Source: Lama glama (taxonomy: Eukaryota). Taken from it: a DNA stretch of 64,000 bases. Where the stretch lies: contig CM052816.1 of NCBI GenBank assembly GCA_028534125.1, forward strand, positions 88,352,001-88,416,000, read 5' to 3'. Shown here one piece after another: positions 1 through 13,895 of the stretch; the first letter of the stretch is position 1, and each line of letters opens with the position of its first letter. Below the pieces are notes generated by a model, which had not been told where the DNA came from, did not search any database, and worked only from the letters and a program-made list of their open reading frames with translations. The position numbers and the translations under genes were made by a program.

Positions 1-63
1 GATGCAGTGCCGAGATATTAAAGTAGACTAGATGGCTTTTACATGTTGTGGTATAAACATGTA

Positions 64-121
64 GGCTGTACATGAGAAACTGACACAATGTACTGACTAC
101 ACTTTAATGAAAAATAAAACA
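64..121 (+). mobile_element. L1 extreme 3' end remnant with A-rich tail
   Basis: gctgtacatgagaaactgacacaatgtactgactacactttaat followed by an A-rich tail resembles the recalled cetartiodactyl/camelid L1 3' terminus (gctgtacaccagaaattgacacattgtaactgactatacttcaat-polyA). Confidence 0.5.
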
Positions 122-194
122 AGCATACGCTTTGAAACTAGATTTATTTGTGATCAAGCCCATTTTTTATCAATTTCTCAATCCTATACCCCAG

Positions 195-345
195 TTGATA
201 AGCCTTTTTAAGAACTAGTTTTCTTATATGTATAATATGAAAAATACTAACTCATTATCAAGGTGGTGGGAAGAACAGAAATAATAAAATAATTTTTTGA
301 AAACAGCACACTGCTAGACATATAATAGGTTCAAAAAAATCATTT
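195..345 (+). mobile_element. MIR SINE fragment
   Basis: tagttttcttatatgtataatatg...cagcacactgctagacatataataggttcaaaaaa resembles a degenerate MIR core and 3' end. Confidence 0.45.
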
Positions 346-1089
346 AATTTTTACCACATGTAACAAATTACATTTCTCCTCTATAATTTGTTAGGTCTTA
401 GCTCTCATGAACTGTTTATTCCAGATTGTAAGATACTATTATTTTCAATTAGAAGCACTGATTTAATAACAGATATACACAAGGAGAAAAGGAAAGCTTA
501 AGAAATATTAAAAATGCAAACAATATTTCCCCTAGTTTGGGATAAACATTAAGTTCACACTTTAGTTTTTAGGTTTTCTTTGTTTTGAAATTAAAACAAA
601 TAAAAACATATTTTATTGGACCGATTAACAAAAAGTATAATTTCTTATGTGGAGAAACTTCCCTCTTGCCCTTTTTATCCCAGAATGCAAGTCTACTGAA
701 AACTTTATTTAACTATCAGCTAGATTTTCCCCGTCTCACATACGGATCTTCCGTACAGATAAACCTTGCCACGTAAGGTTTAGGAAATGTCAGCAGAAAC
801 CCTTTCAAGAGAATGGCAGTGTCTTTCAAGACTGTTGTCCCTTAGGTCCAGTGACAGCCAAGCACTTTGACTTTGGCTCATCTAAACTTCCCTCGGACAG
901 GATCACATGCCCCGGTAAATGTCTAGTACATTTTCCCGGACCTGTCCTCTCTGTGGTTGGATTTTTGTTACCACCCAATGAGATATGACAACCCTGGTGA
1001 CACCATACTACTACACTTAAAATTAAAACTGCTCACACTTAATGTGAGTGCATTCACTCTTTCACACACACTTCTTTAATGCACCTTTT

Positions 1090-1203
1090 TATATAAGATC
1101 CCTAAGGTCAAGGGTTGTCTATATAGCTTACTGCTTAATCTTTACAGCCAAAAGCAGAGGTTGGCCAACAGCAAAGAATCAATATATATGTGATGAATGA
1201 TTA
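1090..1203 (+). mobile_element. L2 LINE 3' end
   Basis: ataagatccctaaggtcaagggttgtct...aatcaatatatatgtgatgaatga fits the L2 3' terminus pattern ending in tgaatga. Confidence 0.45.
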
Positions 1204-4200
1204 AATATCACAGGACGGGAACTGTTTAAGGATGGAAACATGATTAAGGCATTTAGTGAATTGATGATGAGGGAGGAAATATTTCTACCTTCTAATTGTA
1301 TTCCTCCCTTCTGCCCCCACTGTTTTTTTTTCCTATAATTATAAGGGGTGATTTTTCATCCCTATTATACCACTTGCTTATACCAGAGTGACCTTAAAGC
1401 TTGGTCTAGCAGTTTTGCTCTAATGAAGAATTTACTGCATTATAGGAGAAGAGACAAAAATAGATATGTAGGAGAAATTAAATTAGTTTTAATTTATAAG
1501 TTAAATATGCATATAAGTTAATAGAACCTCATGGAGAAATAGATAAAAGAGGGTAGAGGAAGATACAAAATGTTTGCTTTCATGCCACCAAGAGAATTAA
1601 ATGAGTGAGACCCTGGAGTTAATCACATGGAGTAGAAGGGTTACCAGAGAATAAGCAGAACTTGATCAAATTTTGGTCACTTTCATAATGGCTGTCCCAT
1701 TTTATGGTCATGACACAATACAAAAGAATGACAAATTAAGTGAAATAAGTATCATATAGACATAGAAGTATATTTGGTCTAAGTACTTCACCTAGAAGAA
1801 TGTGGGGAGTAATTTGAGAGGAATTGATGAAGCAGACAAAACTTGAGATGATGAAGGAAGTATTTAAATCAAGTTGATAGACAGATAGATGATAGATAAG
1901 AGAGAAGGAAAGAAAACAGCTTCTTGATATACAGTGTAACGTTTCTCACTGGTTGGATCAAAAGTAGCGCCAACAGATCAAGTTCTTGCACAACTACTTT
2001 GCCTCCTCTGCACGTCACTGTCATTGCCTGGGCAGAACTTTGGCCTGAACAAGGACATTCACTCTCCTATTTTATTTATGTAACGAGGCTGCTGCCTGTA
2101 CTTAGAGGATTTACTGCCCAAGGAAAAAAGTAGTAGTAGAAGCAGGAGTGAACAATTTGTCTTTATCCTGAGTAGGCACTTATTTTCAAGTGTTTTGAAG
2201 GCCTATGGCATCTCCAGTTAAAAATATTGTTGCCACACTTAGGTAGGGATTCACGACAATGTGTGCTATGCTTTGAAATGTGCGCATCTGTACCCCAGGC
2301 TTGCTGCACAGCCTTCTTTCATCAGTTTTTTGAAACAATCAATTTAAGAACCAAATAAGACACTTTGAATGTATAATTATCATTGTACTCTGTCAATATT
2401 ACTTATGTTTAAAATCAAATATATCAATCCTTTCAGATTTTTAAAATTTTCTTTTTAGGTTTGGTATTGTTTATATGCAGAGTAATTTTATATATTAAAT
2501 ATATCCAAAAATCAATCAAAGTGAATAAATATCTTCACTTTAAGTGTTTTTTAATGTTGCATTTGGTTATTGCATAAATGTTTATTGAGATTTATCTGCA
2601 TTCCAACTACCATATAAAGTACTGAGATTAAAAATATGAAAAATAAATTACTGACTGTAAGCATCATATGACATATTATCACTGAGGTCTGTATGCTGCA
2701 TTTGAGCCACATCATAAAGGAGAGATTAGTCAACCTTTCTCAGGGAGAAGTATCTGGAGTGAATCAGAAGGCAGTTACATAACAGAATATTATTCAAGAC
2801 CTGAAAGATTCATTGTCTCTATTAGAATCAAACCACATTCCTAATATAATGTAGAAGGTTGACTGATACAGCTATGTTAAGGTTTAATTTTTTTAATAAA
2901 TTGTATATAATTATTTAAAGCTTAAAATCAACCACGTACAATTAAAACTTTGATTCAAAAGTAATTAAAATGCAAATCATTGAAAAAGGTAATTTTAAAA
3001 ATAGATATGATCAATGGAAAGCCAGTAAAATCATGAGTTGTATTAAAATTTGCCTACTTAAGCTAACTATATAAATATAAAGTTAATGGAGTTAAAACCT
3101 TAACAAATACATTTACAAGAGAAAACTATGGTTAAAATCACCGAGTCATTTTAAAATCTCATTGCAATTGCAAATTTTAAATCTTACTAAATTAAAATTA
3201 TATCACAGAAAAATGTTTAGAATATTTGCATGTGTATGTATATAACCATTTAAAATATGTTGAACTATGTTACTGATTTTGTATTAATATCATTTTTAAA
3301 TAAATCATTTTCATGACTTTTTGAAGTGGCACATTTTTTAATAAACATGAAAAGCAACTGTAAAATGCAGCATAGAATAATGTACAACCAGTATAGCACA
3401 CCTTTTTTAAAATCTCTTTTGATATAAAAATGTCATATATAAATAAATGTCACACTAAGTTTTATGTTGCATATTTTGGCCAAAGGACCATATCCCTTAA
3501 AGCTGTCATCCTCAGATGTTTCTCTTATTTAAAAGATCCTAGAATTACTAACAATTAGAAGTGCATTATAACTTAAGAAATGATTATCAGCCCACTGATA
3601 GTTGACAGTTATTATAGGAATCCTGACAGGCAAATTGATGTATAAAAAATAAAAATTTGCTAGAAGCAAAAATATTATTTATAGTTTAGAAGCAGATAAA
3701 CATTATTATTGGAGCCATACACATTTTTATAAGAAGTTATTCTTTTGCATCTGCATTTTATCTCTCAAGAGACATCTTGTCAAAAATGAATGATAGATAA
3801 ATACAAATACTTAGTTACAAACACTGTTAAGGTTAAATTTTGGCCACAGAGGGTCTGGATGGGAATCAGAATAGCAAGGGACACTTATGGTCCAACTCCC
3901 AACTTTACTGCCCCTCAAATCTCAGCAAACTTTCTGCTAAGTTTCAATGATTAGATGGGCAGCCTTATATCTGTGTAAGCCAGGGCCAGGACAGCTGTAT
4001 TAAAAACTTACATAAACCCAAAAAGGTCATCAGAAATATAATTTGGAAAAATTTAGATGCGGTACAGTGTGAATTTTTCCATAAAGCAACAGAGCAGATC
4101 CTTGAATGTTGTTATACTCCTGCTCTCTACCTCCAGGCCCCTTTCTAAACTATAAAAAGGCCACAGGCCTGGGGATCTGGGCTCCTAGGAACCAGTGGTT

Positions 4201-4774
4201 TCATCAATGCACATGGTTGCTGAGACCACAAAAGACAGACAGGCCTTGAGTGGGGAAGTTCACTGAATCCACTCAAGTCTGTGACTGATTCAGAGTATGA
4301 CGTTTGTGCACCCTAAATGCTGACCTGGCTGAAAATCAGCATAGAAGTAACCTTAAAGTTGCTTGATATCCATTCTTTCCCAACTTTAAACTTGAACATC
4401 CTTTTGTGATGTGGCCAAGCTCAGGATTTCAACAAGCCTGTCCACCACTGTGTTCTCTGCAATGATTCCCTCCTACTCTGTCTTTTATGTTCCGCCTTTT
4501 CACTCTCAAAGAGTAGGGGTAAAAAGTAATCATCTGCAGAGCTGTGCTATTGGCAGAGAAAGCCACAAAATACAATGAGCAAACATTTTTGAAGGTTGCA
4601 CTAACCTCCTACCACGATCAATATCACCCTCTATTTAAGTATCTCTATTTCTCTTTAAAATTTAGGAAATGTCTTTCTCACTCCTTTCGTGGTGTGCTAG
4701 AGGAGAACATAGCTTACAAACCTGCTGGCAAGACAGGCACAACCCAATATTCCACTCACATCAGCAGGGAAAAT

Positions 4775-4997
4775 CAGTATGGTGTGGGGCAAGGCAGGAG
4801 GAGGGGATTCAGAGGTAAAAACTATATATAAAATAAATAAGCTATAAGGATATATTGTACAGCACAGAAAATAAAGCCAATATTTTATAACCATAAATGG
4901 AGTATAAGCTTTAAAAATTGTGAATCACTATGTTGTAGACTTGAAATACATTGTAAAAATCAACTAGGCATCAATAAATAAAAATAAATGAAAAAAT
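4775..4997 (+). mobile_element. L1 3' end (laurasiatherian/artiodactyl type), 5'-truncated
   Basis: ataagctataaggatatattgtacagcacag...gccaatattttataa...aaatggagtataagctttaaaaattgtgaatcactatgttgta...aatcaacta plus A-rich tail is a typical L1 3' UTR. Confidence 0.85.
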
Positions 4998-5039
4998 TGA
5001 TGAATCAATTTCTAATACCTGTTTCATTTGTCGGCATGT

Positions 5040-5505
5040 TTATCAGTTAGGAATAGCATTTGGAGCTCCAACTATAGAAGCTTTAAAAGCACAGAGGTTT
5101 GTTTTTCACTCTTTTACATAAAAGAAGTTTGCAAACTGGCAGTCTGCTGTGGGTTTGTAAGCTTCATGTTGTCATCAGGAACCTGAGACCATTTTCTTCT
5201 TTCACTAACTTCAGCACACAGCTTCTATCTTAAAGGTAACTTCATGCTTCTAGCCATCACAGCTGCATTCCAGGCCAGCGGCAAAATATATAGGAAGATT
5301 AAAAAAGGGCGTATCTCCCTACTGAGTCGACTGCATTTAATAAGCCATCTCAGAAGTTACACATAATTTGTCTTAATATGGTTGCGTACAGACGTAAGGG
5401 AAGATAGAAAATGGGACATTGTGCTCAGTGAAAACTAGGGTTCTGTTAATAAGAATGGAGCCATGAACACTGGAATATTGGAAGGTCAACAGCAATCTCT
5501 GATGA
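5040..5505 (-). mobile_element. MaLR LTR (MLT1J/K-like)
   Basis: tatcagttaggaatagcatttgg at one end, ctagccatcacagctgcattccaggc internally and gggttctgttaataag near the other end match old MLT1 motifs in antisense orientation. Confidence 0.7.
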
Positions 5506-7479
5506 TATATATAATAATGACTTTAAATTAAATCTTCAAGCCATCTTGTACACACAAGGAATGTGAACAGGGGCAAAGAGCAAAATCAAAAATATCAGTG
5601 AAGAAATAAGGTATAACTTGTTGGTAGATGTTTTGTGTGTCAAAGCAGGCAAAAAATGGCTAACTCTCCTAATGGTGACCAAATACATATTAAATAATCA
5701 CACACAACAGGGCTGTCAGTATCTCACCTTGGAGAGTCACTCTCTAAGACTCTAAGCTCGAAAGAGGAATTTATGTTTTCATTAAGCCATGCTTTCAAGA
5801 TAGTCAGAGTCTGATAGTATGAATGATATTAGCATAAAGGCAAATCAATCAATAAATAACAGTAAAAAAGTTAAAAAAAAGACTATTACTGTAAGAGTAT
5901 AAGGATACAATGCATTTGATGTATAGTGTATTTACTGTTTGTAGTTGCTAACAGAAATTGACTGTTCCATTCAATGTTAGAATCTACAGCATTATGAAAG
6001 CAGTGATTAAACAGATAAAGATTAACATATGTTCTTTGACTCATTGCTTGTAAAACTGTCTTTAAGGTTGATCAAATAGGGTGGTTCCTTTTCATCACCT
6101 GATACAAACTTTCCCAGGAAGCAGCAAGACTACACCAGAGGACGAAAGCCTGTCCCTGATTCTACTGTGTTGGGTGGAGTGCAGACCACAGCAACTGCGC
6201 TCCACAAACAAAGAGGGGAAATGACTGAGACATACAAAACCAGACTTTCCTTCCAGAATACTCGGCAGTCTTGTAAATAATACCTCCCTCCATGCAGTGA
6301 ATGGGTGAGGAGTGCAGAGAATCTAAGGAGTATTCTTAGGAAAGACTTTAAGGGAAAAAGAGGAAATTTTTGCAAACAATCTTGTAGAGTTCACTCTCGA
6401 GCTATCAGCTGTATATGTGAACTGATAATAAGTAAGAATTTCCAAAATTCTCTCTAGAAGTTTAGGTAATTGAGATATTTCACTGCACTTGCTGTCTGAC
6501 CTTCAGACCCTTTATGCCTAGACTGTAACTATACTTTCTGAGTTAAGAAAGAATTACTGTACTATATTTACCTTCAGGAAAAAAGTGCCCTATTATGCAG
6601 GATCAAGTAACACTACTAAAACTCATGTTTATGAAAAAACACAGATAATTACATTTTATTATGTGTATTCTAAAGAAAAACATAATTGTGTTCTGCAATG
6701 TGATTTTATACCATACTAGTCTAAATACTTTCATTTAAACAAGATCGTTATAAAAATGTTTTGCACACAGAAACATTTCTAAATACTTTTTAAAATGATC
6801 ACAAAGTGTATGGGTTCCGAATGTGTTGAATTATTTTAATACTTTCACAATAACTGGAATTCTTGAGGAGAATACATATTTGCATAATGCTGATAATCCT
6901 TTTTCATTTCTTTTTGTGCTTCAGCTCTTGTAATATCCACTGATAATGGTAATTATATGTGTTTGTTATCCATGATTATCTCTAGATATATGTGCATTTT
7001 CTTTAATTAGACTTTAAGCTCTAAATGGAAAATCAAAATGAAGTCACCTCTTGTCTCAGTGTAGGGTACTAAATTCTCTTCCTTATAGCCAGGGTTTCCC
7101 ATGTGCCCGTTGCAAAATTTTACTTGAGGAGTAGAGGGTGGAAAATCAATATAGCAAATTATGTTACGGGGAAGGAGAGCTGGAGTACAGATTTTCATCT
7201 CTTCCTCCCACCTCGCCATGCTATGCAGTTAACACCAGCACTCACATAAACAAGCAGTTTTCAAGTGATGAGAAAACTTTGTCAAACATCAAATGAATAC
7301 AAAGGTTAGAACGCCTAATTTTTCGATTCCATATAAAGGAAAAAAATCTTCAGACACAAAGTTACTTTAAATGATTTTATCTGTCATTAGAGTCACAAAA
7401 ACAATATAATCAGGGCCAGATATGGGCATGGATTCCCTCCACTAAGGCTAAAATGTTGACTTCTTTTTGAAATAAGAAC

Positions 7480-7660
7480 CATCCATTCAACAAATAATAT
7501 TTAAATACCTGATATATACCTGGGAAGGTTCTAGACGTAGAGGGTGTCCTAATACACAGGAATGAACTAACTGACAAGAAAATCTCCTTCCACGGAGATT
7601 AAATTCTCTTTGGATAAACAAAAGACAAAAGACATAAATACGCAGTGTGTTAGTTATAAA
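7480..7660 (-). mobile_element. L2 LINE 3' end
   Basis: ccattcaacaaataatatttaaatacctgatatatacctgggaaggttctagac is the reverse-strand L2 terminus pattern (cattcaacaaatatttattgagcacctactatgtgccaggcactgttctagg). Confidence 0.6.
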
Positions 7661-10639
7661 CGTGAAAGTGAGTTAAAGGTAAGGGTTTGAGAGACAGGGA
7701 TTAATGACAAATGCCACCTCCAGTTCAGTTTAGATGAACAACTTAGTCTTACCTCCTTTCATTGCAAAAAGAGTCCTATGGTTAACGAAATCCAAAACAC
7801 AAAGCAAGCAACTTATAATATGCATTTATTCCCTTCTATTATGATTTAATTTTTAAATGGCACCACAAAGATACAATAAGTCAATGTGGATTATTGACAA
7901 TAAATCCATATTAATAAATCATTATAACTGTCTTTGTTTTAAAGTAATAAGGAGAGTTATTAATTTCACAAAAATAACTTAAAAAGGTTAGCAAGTGTAA
8001 ATATATATTTTCAGATCATGACGATGTCTGACGGTTACCATAGTAACACTAATGAAATGACAAAGTAATGGGTTTCGTATGTCCATACTATTCCTCCACT
8101 ACTCAACCCAATTCCAGATATTCTTTTCAGAATCTCTGCATATAAAATCCAGTAAAATCTATAGCGACTTTTATAAACACACACACACAAACATACAATA
8201 TTGAAATATTTGGCTCTAAGAAAGAAGTATAGTGTTCGTGCAATTTGTGTATTTGCTAAATATGAGAGAAGACTCATGATTTAGCAGTAGCTTATACTTT
8301 CTTTGATTTTCCATCATCATTTCCCTCTCCTCAAATACCTACCCAAACAACCAATAATTATACATGTTAGTTTTATGAGTTTTTGAAATATTTCCCCCAA
8401 ACAAAATTTGCATGGCTGCCTTTGCATTTAACTTGTGTGTTGTAGACTCAGAGAAAATCTGGTACTTGACAGTTTTATTAACTAGCATCCATGGGAACAC
8501 CACCTGTAGTAGCAGGACAGGAAGACGAAGTGTGAGACCCATGGGTTTCCCTGGAGCTGACAGGACCGGTCAGGCTCAGCCCAAGTCAAATCAAAACACT
8601 CAAGCTTTTTTAGCCTTGCCTCCATCAGTGTTTGGATACCATCCCTCCAGGAAGGACTCAACACTGGATCTGACAACTCTTACAGCCGAGGCTATCTTTG
8701 AACTGGCTAATGGTTAAAGCCTCTCCTCTTATATTACTCCCAGCAGTCAGGGCAAATCTAGCCTTGAAAAGGCATCTGTATCCATCACAGTGCTTGCCTT
8801 TTAGCTCTTATAAAACCAAAAATGTTTGCTTGATAATTTTAAAAAATATTTCCTTATAAAACCTCAATACCAAGACATCATAAATCCAGGAATTAAAAAA
8901 GGAAATATTTCTGTTTACACAGTTCCATTAAGTTCCTCTGTACACAAATCAGGACTGGAACATGCCTTTGATACTAACTGCTTTGTTAGTGAGTTTGGGA
9001 ACCAAATCAGTCCTGTAAATGTAAATTGCGGTTAAGTTTATAGTTACCCTCTAAGGGATTATTGCCAAGTCAATTAGTTTTGTTGCATGGCCAAATATTT
9101 AGGTTGATGTATAAGTTTAAATACGAAAAAATATTTGATATTGAAATGCACTTGGTGAAGGTAGAAGGGGTAAATTTTGATCATTGCATTGAAGGACATA
9201 AGTTCTGAATGATTTATTGGCTGTCTGATGTTCTTAAATGCCTGCCAGTCAACATTACACGTGGCGTCTTTCAGATAGTGTGGGCTCTTTCAAGGAAGTG
9301 CTTTTCATGATAAAAATACACCTAAAGGACCATGAAGAGAAGAGTGTGGTGTTTATCTGAATAGACAGACACACGGATTTCAAAGACTAAAATCATTCAG
9401 AAAAGAAAGTCTCAAATCTGGTATTTCAATAATATGGTTTCTTTAGATTTTTATCCCAAGGGACAGTGCTTCACTCTCACCTAATCACACTGGATTTTAA
9501 AATCCTTTCATAGTTTCATGTTGAAATTACTGGCAAGACTTGGCAATTAGAAGGAGAGCGGAGCTTTCACAAAGGAGCTGGTCCTCGTTCTCAGCTTCCT
9601 TGATTTCACGTCCATCAATAGAGCATTTCTCAAGGGCTGAGTAAAAGCAGTCTGTAATTCTAAATGTCAAGGCTGGAGATGATATTCAGGGGAATGAAAA
9701 GTTCTAGAGCTGTTTCCTGTGCTAGTTCTGATTCATATTGAATCAAATAATTGTCCATTATCATAGATATTTAATTTTGAGTCCTACCATTTAGTAATAC
9801 TGATTTTCTTCTGATTATTAAAGTAAGAACACTAATGGGAGAGAATTTGGGTATTAATGGAAAAGAAAACCTAATAAATAAATTTTAACCCCAAATACTT
9901 AGAATAGAGTTAACTTACATAATACCCTAGAGATTGTATTGTAAATGAAATTTTAAAAAATTAATCACGGGAATTTTCTCCCATCATTAAATATTCAACA
10001 AAGGCATAATTGTAAACGGTTTCATTTTTTTGAATTTTTAGATTATTCCCAAGTGTTTCAGTGTTTTAGACAATGATAAGTTTCTTTTAAAATAAACTTG
10101 ATTCGTCTATGAGCAAAGCATATATGTTTATTAAAGAAAATTAGAAAAAAATTATAAACATAAAACAAAATATCCTACAGAATTATTAACACCATATTAT
10201 AGACTTACTCTGTTGATTCTAGGTATGTGAATTTATATGCAATTTTGTAAAATGAAGGATTCAGAGTGCACATAAACTTAATAATTTTATTTTTTTCCCT
10301 TAAAAGTATGTGTAGTGAGCCACTTTTATACATAAACTTCAACTGGGACAAAATATTTAGTCAAAAACTACAAGTTTAAAATTTTTCTCATTAATTTAAT
10401 TCAAAAGAATTTTCCAATTTTTTTTTCTATCCCATGTACTTTCTTAGGACATAATATGAGAATGGATCCTTTTCACTGCAAGTTGGCTAGAAATACTTTT
10501 AAAGATTTTTTTTAATTTCCATTAAATTTGTAAAAAGGTATATCATAACTTACACTGCATTTTTCTTTAAATATTAATGAGGTTGATTCCACTCTTACAA
10601 TTAACTTGTGCATTTTACCCTTTGTGGTTCAATGTGTTG

Positions 10640-10860
10640 TGTACCATAAAGGCTAAAGTAAACATTTTGAAGCCAAATTAACCTGATTTCAAATTCCTAA
10701 TTCATCACTAAATAGCTTTGTGGCATTGAGAAAATTTCATATTCTCTTACTGCCTCAGTTTTGTGGAAGAATGACTAAGATATTTCAGTAATCTAAGAAA
10801 ATTAGAACAGTCATGTTAAATGAGTTACTATATGTAAAATAATCTAAAAAGTGCGTTAGA
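10640..10860 (+). mobile_element. MIR SINE
   Basis: ttttgaagccaaattaacctgatttcaaattcc...tagctttgtggcattgagaaaattt...tgcctcagtttt...ttaaatgagttactatatgtaaaa follows the MIR consensus order. Confidence 0.7.
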
Positions 10861-11229
10861 GCAAATGAACTTTTACTGTTTTAATGATTAAAAATGTCTA
10901 TATGCAAGCTTTTGATTCGTCTGGAATTAATTTAGTATACGGTATGACATGAAGCTTATTTTATCTTTTTTATCTTCAGGTCCAATTTCTGAACAATTCA
11001 TTCGTTTTTCCTTTGTTTATAATGTGTATTGTTAATAGATTAATTTTTCTTTACATTTTCTGACATACATGTTCTATCTAGTCCATTGTTCAGTATTCAT
11101 CACAGTATTTCCCGGGCAGCATTTAACCACCACTGGCTTCAAACTTAAAAATAAACCCTCTGCGCCTTCAGTGCGACCACACTCACTCTTGATCAATCAC
11201 AACTCACCTCAGTCCTCTTTTGCTCATTT

Positions 11230-11610
11230 CCTAAACTTTGAATTCTAAGAGAACCCCCACATTTGGTATTAAACTTTCCTTCAACCATATCTCTTTCCAT
11301 CTCATATTGTTTCTGCACATGGAATTATAGACTGTGTTTATGCTGACAAATTCCAGCATTGCTTCTATGTCCTGTGAGTTGCAGAGTTGTATATACCACT
11401 GCGTAAGTGACAAGAGTTTGAAGTTTCATAGCATCTTAAACTCACCAGGTCCGAAGCAGATACTCAGTGCCTCTCAGTACTGGAACTAACTTGTTCTTTC
11501 CCTTAGCACCCTTTTCTGTTGTTGACTTAGCATACCATAGCATTACTCTTTCTACAGCTCAGAAATCTGGGAGTCATCCATCATTTCTCTGTTTTCCCTT
11601 CTGTCTACAT
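11230..11610 (+). mobile_element. L2 LINE ORF2 3' fragment
   Basis: tatgctgacaaa at 11339-11350 (YADK, a decayed YADD), catcttaaactcaccaggtccgaagc, and cagaaatctgggagtcatcc are typical L2 motifs. Confidence 0.7.
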
Positions 11611-11642
11611 ATGCATACATTTAGTTCAGTCTTTTAAATCAA

Positions 11643-11770
11643 AAGTGGTGTAATATAGTGGAAAAGAAATATTTTGAATTAGACAAAACTGCTACACTTC
11701 CAAGCTCTTGTGTTTAATAACTACATCATAACTCTATAAATTACTTCATCTTCCTGGTCCTCAGTCCTTT
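11643..11770 (+). mobile_element. MIR SINE 5' fragment
   Basis: gtggtgtaatatagtggaaaaga...gaattagaca...aaattacttcatcttcctggtcctcagt resembles the MIR tRNA-derived head and core. Confidence 0.55.
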
Positions 11771-12669
11771 TAAAAATGTTTTTAAATTAAGATAACATTG
11801 GTTTATAATTGGTGCTGAGTCTTTTTATCTATAAAAATAATGCTTTTGTTTCTGTAAATTACAAAAATACAAAATCTGTAAAAAATAATTGCAACTCAAT
11901 TGCAGGATTACATTGAAGCTGCCATTGCTATCCCTTCTCTCATTATTATGTTTATATCTATTAAGTACCTAAGTGTTTTTTCTGCAAAAAAAAATAGATA
12001 TTTTTACTACAGTGTGCAAATAAGTGACGGAGACTATACTTGATATAATTACAGAGAGATGTGAATATGCCTCCAAGGTAAACAATATGGCTTATTCTTA
12101 CAGAAATTGTTACAATTTATTAAGGTGTCAAATTCAATGTGATACGTGAATTAATTTATTTAATATGTTGATAAAAATATATCTCTCAAAAACAGAAAAC
12201 AAAAAACGTAACTAAAAACACCAAAAACATTTTTACTAAATAACTTCTTTTTTTCCAAAGGAGAAAAATTGAGCCTCTAATCAAGATTTGAAATCTTTGA
12301 AATCCTCACCACTAAAGAGGATTTCTGTAAAGTTTTCCTCTATCACCCAGGCTCTTGATATCACACTTTACACAAGACATGGAAATTGAGGAGTTCTTAC
12401 ATACTATGATTCAGGGATTATAGCTAAGTCATAAAATGTCAGTAAAGCCAAGGAAGTCCTCAGCCAAGAAGTTAATGACAATGGGCAGATAATGGTTTAA
12501 AACAGAGAAGCCCAAGAGCTAATACTGGTGTTTCCAAATGATACAATGGCTGCTTTAGGAGAAGAACACCAAATATCTATAGAATTTTATGAGATCATTA
12601 ATTTCAAGAGGACACAAGAAAAATTATAAATTATAATTTACATAATTACATAATTTAGTGAATCTTTTC

Positions 12670-13197
12670 ATGGTTGCCAACCAAGCAGGTCTCCAATCAG
12701 CCTCCCCTCCTGGTATTCATGCCCTTGTATAGGCACTTACCACACTGACCTAGAACTGATCTCGGTGTCATATTGGGTATGGTGGAGGTGACAGCCTGTG
12801 ACTTGTGAACCTAGGCCAAAATAGCATGGTAGCTTCCATTTTGGCCTCTCGAGTCATTCCTTCTAGGGAAGCCAGCCATCATTTTGTGAGGACCTTGAAC
12901 TAACCTTATGGAGAGATACTTGCGGGGAGGAACTGAAGCTGTCTATCAACGGCCAAAACCAAATCACCAGCCAGCCTGGAAATGGATGCCCCAGCCTTGG
13001 CCAAGTCTTCAGATGACCAGTCAACGAACAAAACATAAACTCTTGAAAGATCCTTAGCCAAAACAACCAGTCTTAATAAGCTACTCCTGACATGATGACT
13101 TCCCCTTCACCAAATACTGAGGATATAACAAATGTTTATTTTTGTTTTAAGCCATTATGTTTGCGAGCTCATTTCTTATGCAGCAATAGATGTCCAA
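12670..13197 (+). mobile_element. MaLR solo LTR (MLT1F-like)
   Basis: cctcctggtattcatgcccttgt, ggaagccagccatcattttgtgaggac, caagtcttcagatgac and the 3' end ttgttttaagccattatgtttg...ttatgcagcaatagat are hallmark MLT1E/F segments in order. Confidence 0.85.
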
Positions 13198-13794
13198 CCC
13201 AAACTTCATCTCTGGTTCTGTGGGCTTGTCAGATTGAAAGGAGGATTTGCTTTTTGGCTTACCATGGGCTCTCTTGGCTCCTTTAGAAATGGACTGCAGG
13301 GGCCAGCCCCAGCATCCCCACACTAGTGGGGCCATGGGGACCTGCAGCTCCCACCAGGTAAGATTCAGGGAATCTCCGGCACCTCAGCTGGGGACCAGCT
13401 GAACTTCCCCTGCATCTGGCTGTTGGGCTCAGGCTTTGTAGGTTAGGCTGCAGAGGAAGCTCCCTGAACAAGGGAAACTAGATTCTCTGCAGTTGTCCCA
13501 GCCTGAAATAATAAGGCATGATAACCCGAGAGTATCTGTGGCCTCATTCATTTGATACTTTGCCTATTTTTGAAGCATTAATTTGAATAATTTTTTTTAT
13601 CATTTCTAGATACCCCTTAAGACTCAGGGAGAGGAAGCCAGTCTAAACAGCAGCAAGAAGAAATTGTGATGAAGAAATGCTTCCCCTTCTAGAGTAGGTG
13701 TGTGCTTATGTTTTCTGAAGGGCTTTGAAATCAATATTGATTCATTTTCCCCAAATGGTTACAAGGAAAAGGGTGAAGTGCAGTCTGCAAAAGT

Positions 13795-13895
13795 GGGGCA
13801 AGCCTTGGACTCAGTGTCAGGACATTCATCCAAGTCATTTCCACTCCATGAGACTCAGTTTCCACTTATGTGAGGTAGGGTTGGATTTGGGGTGG
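13795..13895 (+). mobile_element. MIR fragment
   Basis: gccttggactcagtgtcaggac...caagtcatttccactccatgagactcagtttccacttatgtga resembles the MIR core. Confidence 0.5.

Noticed and set aside
8339..8717. Three overlapping ORFs in a GC-richer patch
   Set aside because: None resembles a protein I know and there is no coherent splice structure; fewer stops are expected at higher GC.
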